From the IMG/VR virus record IMGVR_UViG_3300035162_003174: a stretch of 64,000 bases of DNA; one strand, 5' to 3'. Shown here in pieces: positions 41,301-50,163 of this stretch. The DNA is from an uncultured virus (IMG/VR IMGVR_UViG_3300035162_003174) (taxonomy: Duplodnaviria; Heunggongvirae; Uroviricota; Caudoviricetes). Every line of letters starts with the position of its first letter. Position 1 is the first letter of the stretch. The notes beneath the pieces were generated by a model that ran no database searches, was not told the DNA's origin, and worked only from the letters and a program-made list of their open reading frames with translations. The translations under genes and the position numbers were made by a program.

Positions 41301-44300
41301 GTAACTACTATATTGCATGGTCTTACCTGTATTACTTGGGTCATACCCCGCAGATAAAATATTACTTTGTGATTTACCTAATTTAAAATTACCGTTATTA
41401 AAAAGGTCATTCATTTCACTATTACTATAATTGATTAGGGGAGATTTACCAGTAAAAAATTTATAAGTGTCGTTAACCACTTTAGGGTAAAAACCATTAT
41501 TAGTGAATTGAAAATCTGTTGTAACACCACTAACAGTTGTAGTTAAAGTTGTTTGAGGCACGTAAGTCGTTGAACCACCAGTATAGTTTTGAATGTCATA
41601 TACTTTATTTATATTATTAGTAACCGGGTCATATGCGTTAACATAATTAAAATCCCCCCATATATCATTTAATATATCACCATTACCATTTTTATCCTCT
41701 TTATATCTATGCCATATTGAACCGTATTTTAATAACCAAAGATAGGGTATCTTATGTATTGCCGCAAATTTACTTAGTCCCGCATATATGTTATCCCCCC
41801 ATTTAGTTGTTGTAACACCTTCCTCACTTTCATTTCGACTTAAATATTTTTCGCTTAGTGTTGGTAATGGAAGTGAGTTTAAATAAAGGTAACCTAAACC
41901 AACATATGGATTAACATTACCATTAGTTTCGCCCGACACACCTTTTAATAATGCGTTAGTAAAATAAGGGGTATTTAAAAGTGATGTTGTCTGTGTCGAT
42001 GTTAGGTTATTAGTCGCTCCATTATAGTCCGTACCATAATTTAAACTTCCCTCAGTTAAATAAAAATCTTTATTTTCTCGATTATTGTAGTAAACAATCG
42101 ACTGAGCATTTGTTTCATACTGAGTACTATCACTATTATTTGACGTGTTTTGGTTGGGGTTTGATGGGTAATTTTTTTCATACTGAAAATAAGTCATATA
42201 ACTATTATTATACCTCTCATCGGTATCAGATTGGTCATCAAATGTCGCGATAGTTTTTTTAAGTATATTAAAATTCATAACACTTTCAGTACCATTTGCT
42301 TTTTCAATGCTACCCACCGAAGTACCTTTTGAGGTATTTTTTTGTAACCATATTAAGTTATTAAATGGGTACACATCCATTAGTGTTGTGGCGTTTGATG
42401 ATGAACTTGTAATATATTGTTCTAAATCTTTTACTGAATCCACTGAAGACACAATTTCCATTGAATTTGAATTCATACTTTCGATACTATAAATGCCGAA
42501 ATCAACATCCATATAACCTTTGATATAGTCCTGAGTAAAAATATCTCTGGATTTTCTCGCGTAATAACTACCTTCCCCGTTATTTGAAATAGATAGTAGG
42601 TATTGATTAAATGTGGACGCGTTAAATTTAAACTCCTTTAATATTTTCATTAATTCAGGAATATTATCTAAACCATCCTTAATGTTGACAGATTCAAAAT
42701 CAGCTAATACATTATATAATGTTTTTCTAAAATTATTATTTCTTATAACCTTAGTATAGTTAGCCCCTAAATAAGTTCTTTCATATATTTCGTAAAAAAA
42801 TGAAACAAACTCTTCATTACTATATGGGGTATGTTCAAATGGAAACTCCACAGAATTTATACCAATATATTTAGAAACTTGAGTTTCGTTACCATAATTA
42901 ATATTAATTTTAGGTTTATCTCGTTCTAATGACGCGGTAAGGTATTCCTCAACAAACTGTATCTCTGGCCATATATTATAATCATATCCTTGGATTGTGT
43001 TTATGACATCTTCTTGACCAGGATACTTTAAAACATACTCAGCGTCACCTTTTTTGGTTGATTCCTCTTCAAAATATTGAGGCCAAGGGTAAACGATTTG
43101 AGGATTTTCCAATGTATCACCTAATCCACCTACAGTAACTGTTTTTAATGAATTTTTACCCTCAACACCAAAAGATTTCTCAGGAGGTATGATAGCACTT
43201 AACCTTACGGGGTCAGTTCTAACCTCCCAAGCGTCGGTATGGGTATCATCCATTAACCTATAGAACGCCTCTGCATTTGCACATATAACGGCCAAAACAT
43301 TGTTCATGGTGGGATTAAATCCTAAACCAACATCAGATGATATTATTTTTTTCGCTAAGGCTTCTGATAATAGTTTTTCAATAGTTTCTCTTTTCTCCTT
43401 GAATGTGCTCTCAATTTTGGATAATTTAGCTAAGAAACTTCCATTCATGTAGTTTTTATCTTTAACTACGTTACCAAATGAAATTAAGACTGATGGGCTT
43501 TCCGTTTCTTGTAATTCTCCGTCAGGACCTACTTTATAACTTTTTGACTCAACCGCAAATTCCGCTTTAAGTTTTAACTCAAAATCAACTAATTGGGTTT
43601 CAGTTGGTTCATTACCATTTCGTCCAATATATGTATCTTTATAATTAATAACGCTTGGGTCCGTGATATTAGTTATAAAATCACTAGCTTTAATATTAAC
43701 TGATATCTTCGATGGATTATCTTTACCTTCAATCACATATTTACCCGGACTGTAAAAGGTGGGATTATCTTTTAATGTTTTATTACCCTCATCAACGATT
43801 ATCTTTAATTTAGAAATTGCGGTTCTTCGTCCTTGAGCATCAAGTTCTTTTTTTAAACCATATAACTTAGAAGCTTTGGTATCATTTAAAATATATAATG
43901 ATGTCGAATCCACATACTGATTAAACCAATTCTCACCAATATCAGGATATACCTTAGTTCGGTATGTTCTGATACCTTTTTCATAACTAACAACGTCATT
44001 TAATACTGACATATCTTCTTTAGAGTATGCTTCCATAACATACCTATTGAAGTACTCTAACCTCATCCTCATTTGATTCAGGGTTATTTCAGGAAAATCT
44101 TCGGCAATTAATCCTTTAGATTTATATAAAGAATAGACTTCTTTTATTTTCTCCATTCCTTTAGTCGTATCTATCTTATCTATTGCCACTGTTCCTCCGG
44201 CAGGAATACCTTTAACGTTTTCTAATTCGTAACTCTTAGGGTACATATGTGGTGTAGTATAAAGATAGTCTAATAACGTATCTTGTAAAAAAGCGTGTGA

Positions 44301-44993
44301 CCTAGCAACATATGATGTGGTAATTTTATAACTACCATCAGATGGGTCAAATCTGGCGTTAAAATCTTTTAACATTAACTCTAACTTAATAGCTTTACCA
44401 TAGTGCCCTTTGACTGTTAATATAAAAATTGGGTAAGGTAAGTTCATGAATAATGAATAAGGTGACTTATCCCCTTTTTCAAATAGTACTCTACCCTGTA
44501 CATCAGTCATTTCAATAGTCACTGTAGGTACAAAGGCTGGGTTCATTTTAATATTAATTTTCGTAATACCTAATAGTTGAGCATCAACATTGTTAGTGTC
44601 GCTAAAAATATCGGTTGAACCATTGCTGTCTTGCCCAAAAAATTGGTCTGTCCAAGAGGTATCAAAGTACTTTGGGTCATCATTCATTGAACCCCCTAAA
44701 TTAACGTTAGGTTCTTTTTGGTTCTGAGCATTACCCTCTAAAAAATTAACTTTTAATTGGGCTACCCCAACATTTTTTACACTATCCCCATAATTTGAGC
44801 CGGCGGCTAGTTTAGTTCTTGGAATAACTCTAGCCTCTAAGTTAGCGTATGTCATTAAGTTCTCTGCCTTAATGTTACGTTCTTGAACTGTACCGTCAGA
44901 ATTTACAACTTTATTTGGGTCAACCACAACAACATTGTCATAATCAGTCTCCACATAAACTTTATCGTTACCAAAGAATTTATTATCTGCCAT
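38343..44993 (-). CDS. Giant baseplate hub-like protein with a C-terminal lysozyme/glucosaminidase-like domain
   Basis: The ORF track gives 38343..45014; the likely ATG is at 44993. Hub-like motifs are VTIEMTDVQGR and CNVTSMGNVMIQP...YLITSVTHDI..TSFEGVR. The C-terminus has YVENG...NNLFNLK...FKTADESV. Confidence 0.55.
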   Translation of the reverse strand: MADNKFFGNDKVYVETDYDNVVVVDPNKVVNSDGTVQERNIKAENLMTYANLEARVIPRTKLAAGSNYGDSVKNVGVAQLKVNFLEGNAQNQKEPNVNLGGSMNDDPKYFDTSWTDQFFGQDSNGSTDIFSDTNNVDAQLLGITKINIKMNPAFVPTVTIEMTDVQGRVLFEKGDKSPYSLFMNLPYPIFILTVKGHYGKAIKLELMLKDFNARFDPSDGSYKITTSYVARSHAFLQDTLLDYLYTTPHMYPKSYELENVKGIPAGGTVAIDKIDTTKGMEKIKEVYSLYKSKGLIAEDFPEITLNQMRMRLEYFNRYVMEAYSKEDMSVLNDVVSYEKGIRTYRTKVYPDIGENWFNQYVDSTSLYILNDTKASKLYGLKKELDAQGRRTAISKLKIIVDEGNKTLKDNPTFYSPGKYVIEGKDNPSKISVNIKASDFITNITDPSVINYKDTYIGRNGNEPTETQLVDFELKLKAEFAVESKSYKVGPDGELQETESPSVLISFGNVVKDKNYMNGSFLAKLSKIESTFKEKRETIEKLLSEALAKKIISSDVGLGFNPTMNNVLAVICANAEAFYRLMDDTHTDAWEVRTDPVRLSAIIPPEKSFGVEGKNSLKTVTVGGLGDTLENPQIVYPWPQYFEEESTKKGDAEYVLKYPGQEDVINTIQGYDYNIWPEIQFVEEYLTASLERDKPKININYGNETQVSKYIGINSVEFPFEHTPYSNEEFVSFFYEIYERTYLGANYTKVIRNNNFRKTLYNVLADFESVNIKDGLDNIPELMKILKEFKFNASTFNQYLLSISNNGEGSYYARKSRDIFTQDYIKGYMDVDFGIYSIESMNSNSMEIVSSVDSVKDLEQYITSSSSNATTLMDVYPFNNLIWLQKNTSKGTSVGSIEKANGTESVMNFNILKKTIATFDDQSDTDERYNNSYMTYFQYEKNYPSNPNQNTSNNSDSTQYETNAQSIVYYNNRENKDFYLTEGSLNYGTDYNGATNNLTSTQTTSLLNTPYFTNALLKGVSGETNGNVNPYVGLGYLYLNSLPLPTLSEKYLSRNESEEGVTTTKWGDNIYAGLSKFAAIHKIPYLWLLKYGSIWHRYKEDKNGNGDILNDIWGDFNYVNAYDPVTNNINKVYDIQNYTGGSTTYVPQTTLTTTVSGVTTDFQFTNNGFYPKVVNDTYKFFTGKSPLINYSNSEMNDLFNNGNFKLGKSQSNILSAGYDPSNTGKTMQYSSYFQYFDIEGNTSFDFDMGRPVDLMTSASTYNYSNSNFNLTAPSNSGITEPNHKMLIIPSSGYLKFTQAQRECLNAQGKLTQNIDINNKSIQNGNVRSLWSASNNGYFNNQWVKKPKTTEYIKLIDNDKNQQNAFNLINTSSDDDYKSIEEIFAIFSKEMLDEFERHFLNFCKKEKDYNQIVFNPSAKNDDEYLGSFNIEYDNNIERVMKSLLIIDKPNLGTDSEDDAKSISEKQMENFVNLNKTQITERDVVLKIGNPGRFNRRVFDSFSKNEKIVPIDPIDFSYYVEGTVPTSSNATTLLGSQGNFPEVWSELYLRVGDYSENNIKYSDNGSYITDFFPTMDIKFTKENVRDLSQIIKVFMTEKFDNNNLTKSDFQQTFDSFMSEQVTYQNNMLNQIFTTLNKTLPSVKVNNAQVRISKLDDKDGLLKTELWTTFKNFNDRWISGQEVKNKTLFEQFLFLDKANRPIGDDVVINIEELRYFLKNSNGSASVLSLIGHILEKNNFIFMPTPSYSNFYGRNERVKEGMPDPSFSDIANNTFGTFLEVDTHTSEPKLLAIYVGKVSETINTSPENQNYLYGDDSFDITKPSQSPVRASEDGVTNFSNRNKVVAFNVDFGIQNQSIFKSISIDMAQRKNIAPTFQILADMGSQADGQKVAQQSASLYNFYKSASYNCNVTSMGNVMIQPTMYFNLRYVPMFYGPYLITSVTHDITTRDFVTSFEGVRISKYSLKMPDGLIASVNREIVQNYLSQVRRIPTLAGSTGDTVNRANSIKNSTTKSGSKTEISDVQKCVACQKISKPYVKLEKTQLNQSNFKTIINSGTLDDSVKKFIFGIGYVENGFNTEVRSVNNNLFNLKNMKENAAWTINFEEQTCVDDNNNAIPYLSFKTADESVRFMEKVCSQYSQIIDAFLANSTINGNISKTYAYLWYYTFRFTTFDKELSAGSNIDDSIIASVNHDLTTNSQSKQLFDSAEAKFKSKIIVWDNS

Positions 44994-45300
44994 AATAGAA
45001 GAAGTGATTTTCAACAGCCGCTTTATAATCCTGTAACGAGTTCGTTAACGGAAAAGGTATGAATAAAAGTGCGTTATCAGGAATATTAGACTCTAAACCA
45101 CCGTATTGTGGATTCGCAGCTAAAATTAACCACCCAAAATATGGTGACTCATAAAACTCATAACTTAATTTATCTAACCTACTACGTCCTGTCCTAAAGA
45201 TGTACCGTTTATCTGAAGGTTTTGACGGTATTCTTACGAAAGGTACGATGGTCTGTTGTCCATTAACCAAAAAGTCAGTATATCTATTCCAATATCTCAT
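44983..45300 (-). CDS. Baseplate LysM-like protein (T4 gp53 / P2 gpX-like)
   Basis: RLDKLSYEFYESPYFGWLILAANP...IP...LFIP signature. Confidence 0.8.
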   Translation of the reverse strand: MRYWNRYTDFLVNGQQTIVPFVRIPSKPSDKRYIFRTGRSRLDKLSYEFYESPYFGWLILAANPQYGGLESNIPDNALLFIPFPLTNSLQDYKAAVENHFFYYGR

Positions 45301-45302
45301 AA

Positions 45303-48300
45303 TTAATTAAACGTATTTTTTCCATTAAACGAGTTCTTACCACCCTGATTTAGTCCTGAGTATAAATTATTGAAGTATCCGTCTTTAACTGTATTAATAT
45401 TCGCTAGAGGAACGTCTATATAGTAAAATATTCTTTCTTTTTCTTTAGTAAATGGCGAATAGTCGTTAAACTTTCTAACTGAACTACGTTTACTAAATCT
45501 ATCTAATTCTCTTTCAGTCTTATTCTGAACTTTTTCGTAGTCTTTATTTAAGTCATCAACAATATTATTTACATACCTTACCCATTTATTAATACCGTTT
45601 AACCTATCATTCAATAATTTTTCAATAATAATTTCTTTAGTATTTAATATTTTTTGGTACATCGCATTCATAAACCTGGCATAATACATTCCTTCACTTT
45701 GGTATTCAACCGAAAAAGAATAATCAGACGTAAATGGTTTTTCAACAAGCTTATTATTATCTGTGAATATTTGGTTGTAGTAGTTCTGTAAATCGGTACC
45801 TAACGTTATCATATCGTCCTGCATCTCTTCATATGTGTTATTAACATTTTTAGAGGTCTTATCTACCTTATCTGTCGCATTTAAAGATTGTTGTACGTTT
45901 CTCGCCTTTGAAGCGTAACCATCGGTATTAGTCATAACAAAATTAATTCTATCAATTGTCTGAACTAAACTTAATTGATTATTAACAACTTTTGACATAA
46001 CACTCATATAGTCAGAGATATAGTTAGTTTTAGTTTCATTTATTAAGTTCATAATATTAAACTTATAAAGGTCTATATCCGCATTACTGAAATTTTTATT
46101 CTGTATGTTTTTCAATAATGGTGAATTTCCATTACTAACATCCATAATTATTTCATCAAATAAATTATTTATTTTAGTTTGTAACTCATCTTCTTTTGGT
46201 TTACCAAATAAATTAGTTGTAGTACTTGTTCCTGTGAACCCGTCAGTAAAATACCCTAAAACATTACCATCGACATAATCTCTTTCATCTGTAAAATAAG
46301 CTAAACCATCGATAGAGTACTTATTCGCAACTTCATTAAGTGAATCAGTTATCGAACTTGTATAATCCTGAACATCCTCGATTGCTGTTGCCATTATAGT
46401 TTCAAATGATGTCTGACCACTAAGGGTAGAAATATCAGTTGTCGGATAGGTTGTGATAACATCTGTTTTAATTGTACCAATAGTAACACCTTTAGTCGGT
46501 ATATCTGTAGTGGTCGGTCGGTTATCGGAACCAAATGGTACTGTCGACTCAATTGCTTCCCATATTTCTTGATTTAACTCGGTTCTATCTTCAGTAACCA
46601 CCGCCCTATCATCATAAATTTCAGTATTTGCGAAGTAATTAAATGAAAGTGCGTTTTGTAACCTATTAACGGGTTCCTTTAATCCTTGTCCCCCAATAAA
46701 ATAAAAGGATAGATTAACATCTGCTATCATCGGTTGCACACCAATACCTTCAGGATTTAAATCAAATAATAATGGTTCATAAGTAATCGATAATTGATTA
46801 ATTGCTATTTTAGTATGATAAAAATCACCAATTCTAAGTATACAAATTGGTGGTGCACCAAACGAGGTGTTCTTAGCGTTAAATTCTGTTGGTCTACCAT
46901 CGTCCCCAATCACAGGTATAGTGTCACCAGGTCTGATACATTGGTGTAAGAACGTGAGTCTAGAGTTTAAACCTTCTGGAGTTGTTGAGTGGAACGCTGG
47001 TTGGAAGTACTTTATTTTCTCCTTAATGCCATTATATACCATAGGGGAACTTTCCTTTACTAAGTCGAAGTAATCACACTCAGTTAATAGTTTTCTAACA
47101 ATTATTTTTGCTACTTCTTGTCTTTGTTTTTCAGTCCTTTCAGGCTGTTTTATTGCCGGCACTTCTTGAGTGCTTTGGTCGACATCATTAGATACCGTAG
47201 GTGGTACAATTACTTCATCAGTCACAGGAACCTCTTGAATCGGTTCAGGTGTTTCAACAACACTATGGAATAGAACTCTTCTGCAGGCCATGGCTTGTGG
47301 TGAATATGTTCTATCGGCTTCAGATAAATCGGCGGTACAATTAACTCCACCTATAGTAATTTCCTCTCCAGACTTAACCGATTCTATTATAAACTTACCA
47401 TCGTCTTTCCATTGCTGTAAGGTTTTAGTGGTACCGTCTGGAGTTAGTGGTAACATATATTTTGTTACACTATCGATTCTCCTACTCGATAATGATTTAT
47501 TATATGCGGTACTATTAGGTGCGGATGCCGAACCCTGTAGTAATATTTTAACCGTAGAACCCGCGTTTAACGCTTCCCCAACTCCCCGTATAAATTGTTG
47601 TGTTTTATAAAGAGGACCTTTAGTTGCCCCTGTTAAGATATTTTCTTGATAAAATTCCTCAACACCTACCGTATTTTCTGGTGAGGATTCGTTTTTATAA
47701 GTTTGTTGTAAAGCAATATAAGACTTTAAAGTTGATTGATAGGTCTCTGTAGTCGTTGTAACATTTTTGTCCTTTGGACCCGGAACGTCATTATGGAAAT
47801 AATACGCAAAATCGTATGAAGTCTCAGTAACCTTAGGTTCGTACTCTTCAATCGTTGGGTCTTCAGTTCCTGGAACCTGAGGGTTTATTATATCAAAATT
47901 TTCTTTTACTTCACCAGCAACCGGTGAATTAACAATAATTTCATATATGTCACTATATGTGAACTGAGGGTATCTCAATGCTAACTCATATATATCATAC
48001 TTTCTACACCCCGCAAAGAATGAATCAACAATACTTGTTACTTTATTATTATTACTTTGATTGGCTAGTTCTTTATCAACAATAGCATTTAATATTGAAG
48101 GGTGGTCAACAACAATTTTCCAACTTAGTGACCCTTGTCTTGTCGTATTATTATACGTGTATATCGGTTCAGGTCTCCCTAAAAATTCGTTTGTATTCCA
48201 ATTAACCGAGTTTTGTTCACTAACTTTCATATCATAAGGAGGGAACCACATAATTCTTCCTCCATTAGGTCCCCTCTCGCAATGAGGTAAGTCCTGGTAG

Positions 48301-50066
48301 GTAAAACCTTTTTTTCTTGATGTTCTCCATGATAAATTCTCTAATGAGAACATATATTTTTTAACCTTACTGGCTAATCCTTCCCCTATTAGATTTGTAC
48401 TTTCATTACCTCTAATAGGTGCAATGTTTAAATTATAAGTACTGTCTAATACTGAGTAAGAAAATCGTCTTCCACTATTAACTATTCCGTCACCTTTTTG
48501 TAGGTCGGCCATAGAAAAGTAAGGAGTGTCTTTAGTAAAAACTCGACAATATTCTTGACCTACAATATCGCCTGCAATATCTTTATATGCTATTACTCTT
48601 GAACCTTTAGTTAATTCTCTAGTACCGTCATGAAAAACTTTAGATATTTGGTCTATCGCATTACCAACATGTTGTAATTTTCTAACACCAACAACATCAT
48701 CCGCCGCGTTAATTAATTTTTGAGTATTATCTAATATTGAACCCGTTGTGTACTCATAATTACCTGAACCATCAACAGATTGTGTCGCAGTAAAAGTATT
48801 TTGAACCCCTTGTTCGTTCCAATCTGTGTCAATGGTACCATAAAACTCAGCCCCTTTACCAACTTTTTGTCCTGCTCTTTCTTGATATTTAGGTGATACC
48901 CACGTAAACCCACCTTGTAACCCACCACTATCGTATGTTGAAGTTTGGTTTAGACCAAATTGATATATGTTATCCCTCTTTTCATTCTCATATATTTTTG
49001 CGATTTCATCATATCCATAAACCGGCGATTGAGTCTTATTACCATCTCTATCTAACGGCAATGACTCAGCGGGGGCAACAATATCCCTCATTTCTTGTTG
49101 TGAACTACCTACATAATAATTTTGTTTAGGTACTTTAGTAAATAAATCGGTTAAGAAATTTTTATTATAATCAGGAATATACCGATTTAATCTAAGTCCG
49201 TGAAATAGTCTTGACCGTTGACCCCCACCTGTGTTGTCCAAGAATATTTGCATCCCTGTTTTTTCAGTTGGTAGTTTTAATACACCTCTCTTATCAAATA
49301 GACCAGTAACTTGGTTAGCTATCTGATTTAAGTACATTTGTTTTGGTTCCGAACTAAAGTAATCTCCCGGTATCCATGAGTATGGTGAGTAAATTCCACT
49401 AATACGACTTATAAAGTCTAACCCTTTACCAATTAAACTTTTAGGTACTGAAATTTTCCAATCTCTCTCGATGACTGATTTGTTGCCTGTAACTATAGCT
49501 AATAAATCAAATGGGTCAGATAATGCGTCAATGGCATTTACCCTACCTATTGTTTGTTGGTAGGTTTCTTCAGCGACTCTATATTGAAACTCAGTTTTAA
49601 GTGATTCCGCGGCTATTCTCGCTAAGTCTGAATCCTGAGATAATGAACCATTATTTCCTTGTGGGTTTTGACTAGTTAATAGTGTGAATGGATTATATGA
49701 TGAAGCAATAAATGTATTGTAAGGACTTTTACCAACCAATGCGGGTATTCCTTGTCCCATATCAAGGTTTATGGTATTACTAAAACTTGTAACTGAATTA
49801 ATAAACGTAACATCTTCAATAGATTTAGGTAACCCAAAACCTCCTTCAGGACCATATTGGTTTTTAATATAGGCATAAGTACCCTCGCTTTGACCTATAA
49901 CTTCAACCTCTTGGGTATCAATAACTGCTGCGTCATTAATAATGATTTCACTTTGACCTGGCTGGCTAGCCGGTCTAAATCCATCACTATTGTATGGTTG
50001 TAAATTTTTAACTAATAACTTTTTTCTAAAGTTCTCAGTTGAATCAAATGATAACGGGCTCTGCAT
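45303..50066 (-). CDS. Large tail-tube initiator / baseplate protein with an inserted OmpA-like domain
   Basis: WNTNEFLGRPEPIYTYNNTTR and APPICILRIGDFY...ADVNLSF are tube-initiator-like motifs. They flank an OmpA-like GSAS....YNKSLSSRRIDSV...RRV segment. Confidence 0.6.
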   Translation of the reverse strand: MQSPLSFDSTENFRKKLLVKNLQPYNSDGFRPASQPGQSEIIINDAAVIDTQEVEVIGQSEGTYAYIKNQYGPEGGFGLPKSIEDVTFINSVTSFSNTINLDMGQGIPALVGKSPYNTFIASSYNPFTLLTSQNPQGNNGSLSQDSDLARIAAESLKTEFQYRVAEETYQQTIGRVNAIDALSDPFDLLAIVTGNKSVIERDWKISVPKSLIGKGLDFISRISGIYSPYSWIPGDYFSSEPKQMYLNQIANQVTGLFDKRGVLKLPTEKTGMQIFLDNTGGGQRSRLFHGLRLNRYIPDYNKNFLTDLFTKVPKQNYYVGSSQQEMRDIVAPAESLPLDRDGNKTQSPVYGYDEIAKIYENEKRDNIYQFGLNQTSTYDSGGLQGGFTWVSPKYQERAGQKVGKGAEFYGTIDTDWNEQGVQNTFTATQSVDGSGNYEYTTGSILDNTQKLINAADDVVGVRKLQHVGNAIDQISKVFHDGTRELTKGSRVIAYKDIAGDIVGQEYCRVFTKDTPYFSMADLQKGDGIVNSGRRFSYSVLDSTYNLNIAPIRGNESTNLIGEGLASKVKKYMFSLENLSWRTSRKKGFTYQDLPHCERGPNGGRIMWFPPYDMKVSEQNSVNWNTNEFLGRPEPIYTYNNTTRQGSLSWKIVVDHPSILNAIVDKELANQSNNNKVTSIVDSFFAGCRKYDIYELALRYPQFTYSDIYEIIVNSPVAGEVKENFDIINPQVPGTEDPTIEEYEPKVTETSYDFAYYFHNDVPGPKDKNVTTTTETYQSTLKSYIALQQTYKNESSPENTVGVEEFYQENILTGATKGPLYKTQQFIRGVGEALNAGSTVKILLQGSASAPNSTAYNKSLSSRRIDSVTKYMLPLTPDGTTKTLQQWKDDGKFIIESVKSGEEITIGGVNCTADLSEADRTYSPQAMACRRVLFHSVVETPEPIQEVPVTDEVIVPPTVSNDVDQSTQEVPAIKQPERTEKQRQEVAKIIVRKLLTECDYFDLVKESSPMVYNGIKEKIKYFQPAFHSTTPEGLNSRLTFLHQCIRPGDTIPVIGDDGRPTEFNAKNTSFGAPPICILRIGDFYHTKIAINQLSITYEPLLFDLNPEGIGVQPMIADVNLSFYFIGGQGLKEPVNRLQNALSFNYFANTEIYDDRAVVTEDRTELNQEIWEAIESTVPFGSDNRPTTTDIPTKGVTIGTIKTDVITTYPTTDISTLSGQTSFETIMATAIEDVQDYTSSITDSLNEVANKYSIDGLAYFTDERDYVDGNVLGYFTDGFTGTSTTTNLFGKPKEDELQTKINNLFDEIIMDVSNGNSPLLKNIQNKNFSNADIDLYKFNIMNLINETKTNYISDYMSVMSKVVNNQLSLVQTIDRINFVMTNTDGYASKARNVQQSLNATDKVDKTSKNVNNTYEEMQDDMITLGTDLQNYYNQIFTDNNKLVEKPFTSDYSFSVEYQSEGMYYARFMNAMYQKILNTKEIIIEKLLNDRLNGINKWVRYVNNIVDDLNKDYEKVQNKTERELDRFSKRSSVRKFNDYSPFTKEKERIFYYIDVPLANINTVKDGYFNNLYSGLNQGGKNSFNGKNTFN

Positions 50067-50084
50067 CTATATATATTCTTTTTA

Positions 50085-50092
50085 GATAAATA
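50085..50092 (-). promoter_or_regulatory. Putative late promoter motif TATTTATC
   Basis: 18 nt upstream of the ATG at 50066. Confidence 0.55.
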
Positions 50093-50163
50093 GATGGTAA
50101 CATAATTTTGCGTAATCTAAACGAGTAGAATTATCTCAAGCCACCAACATTATTTTATAACGA

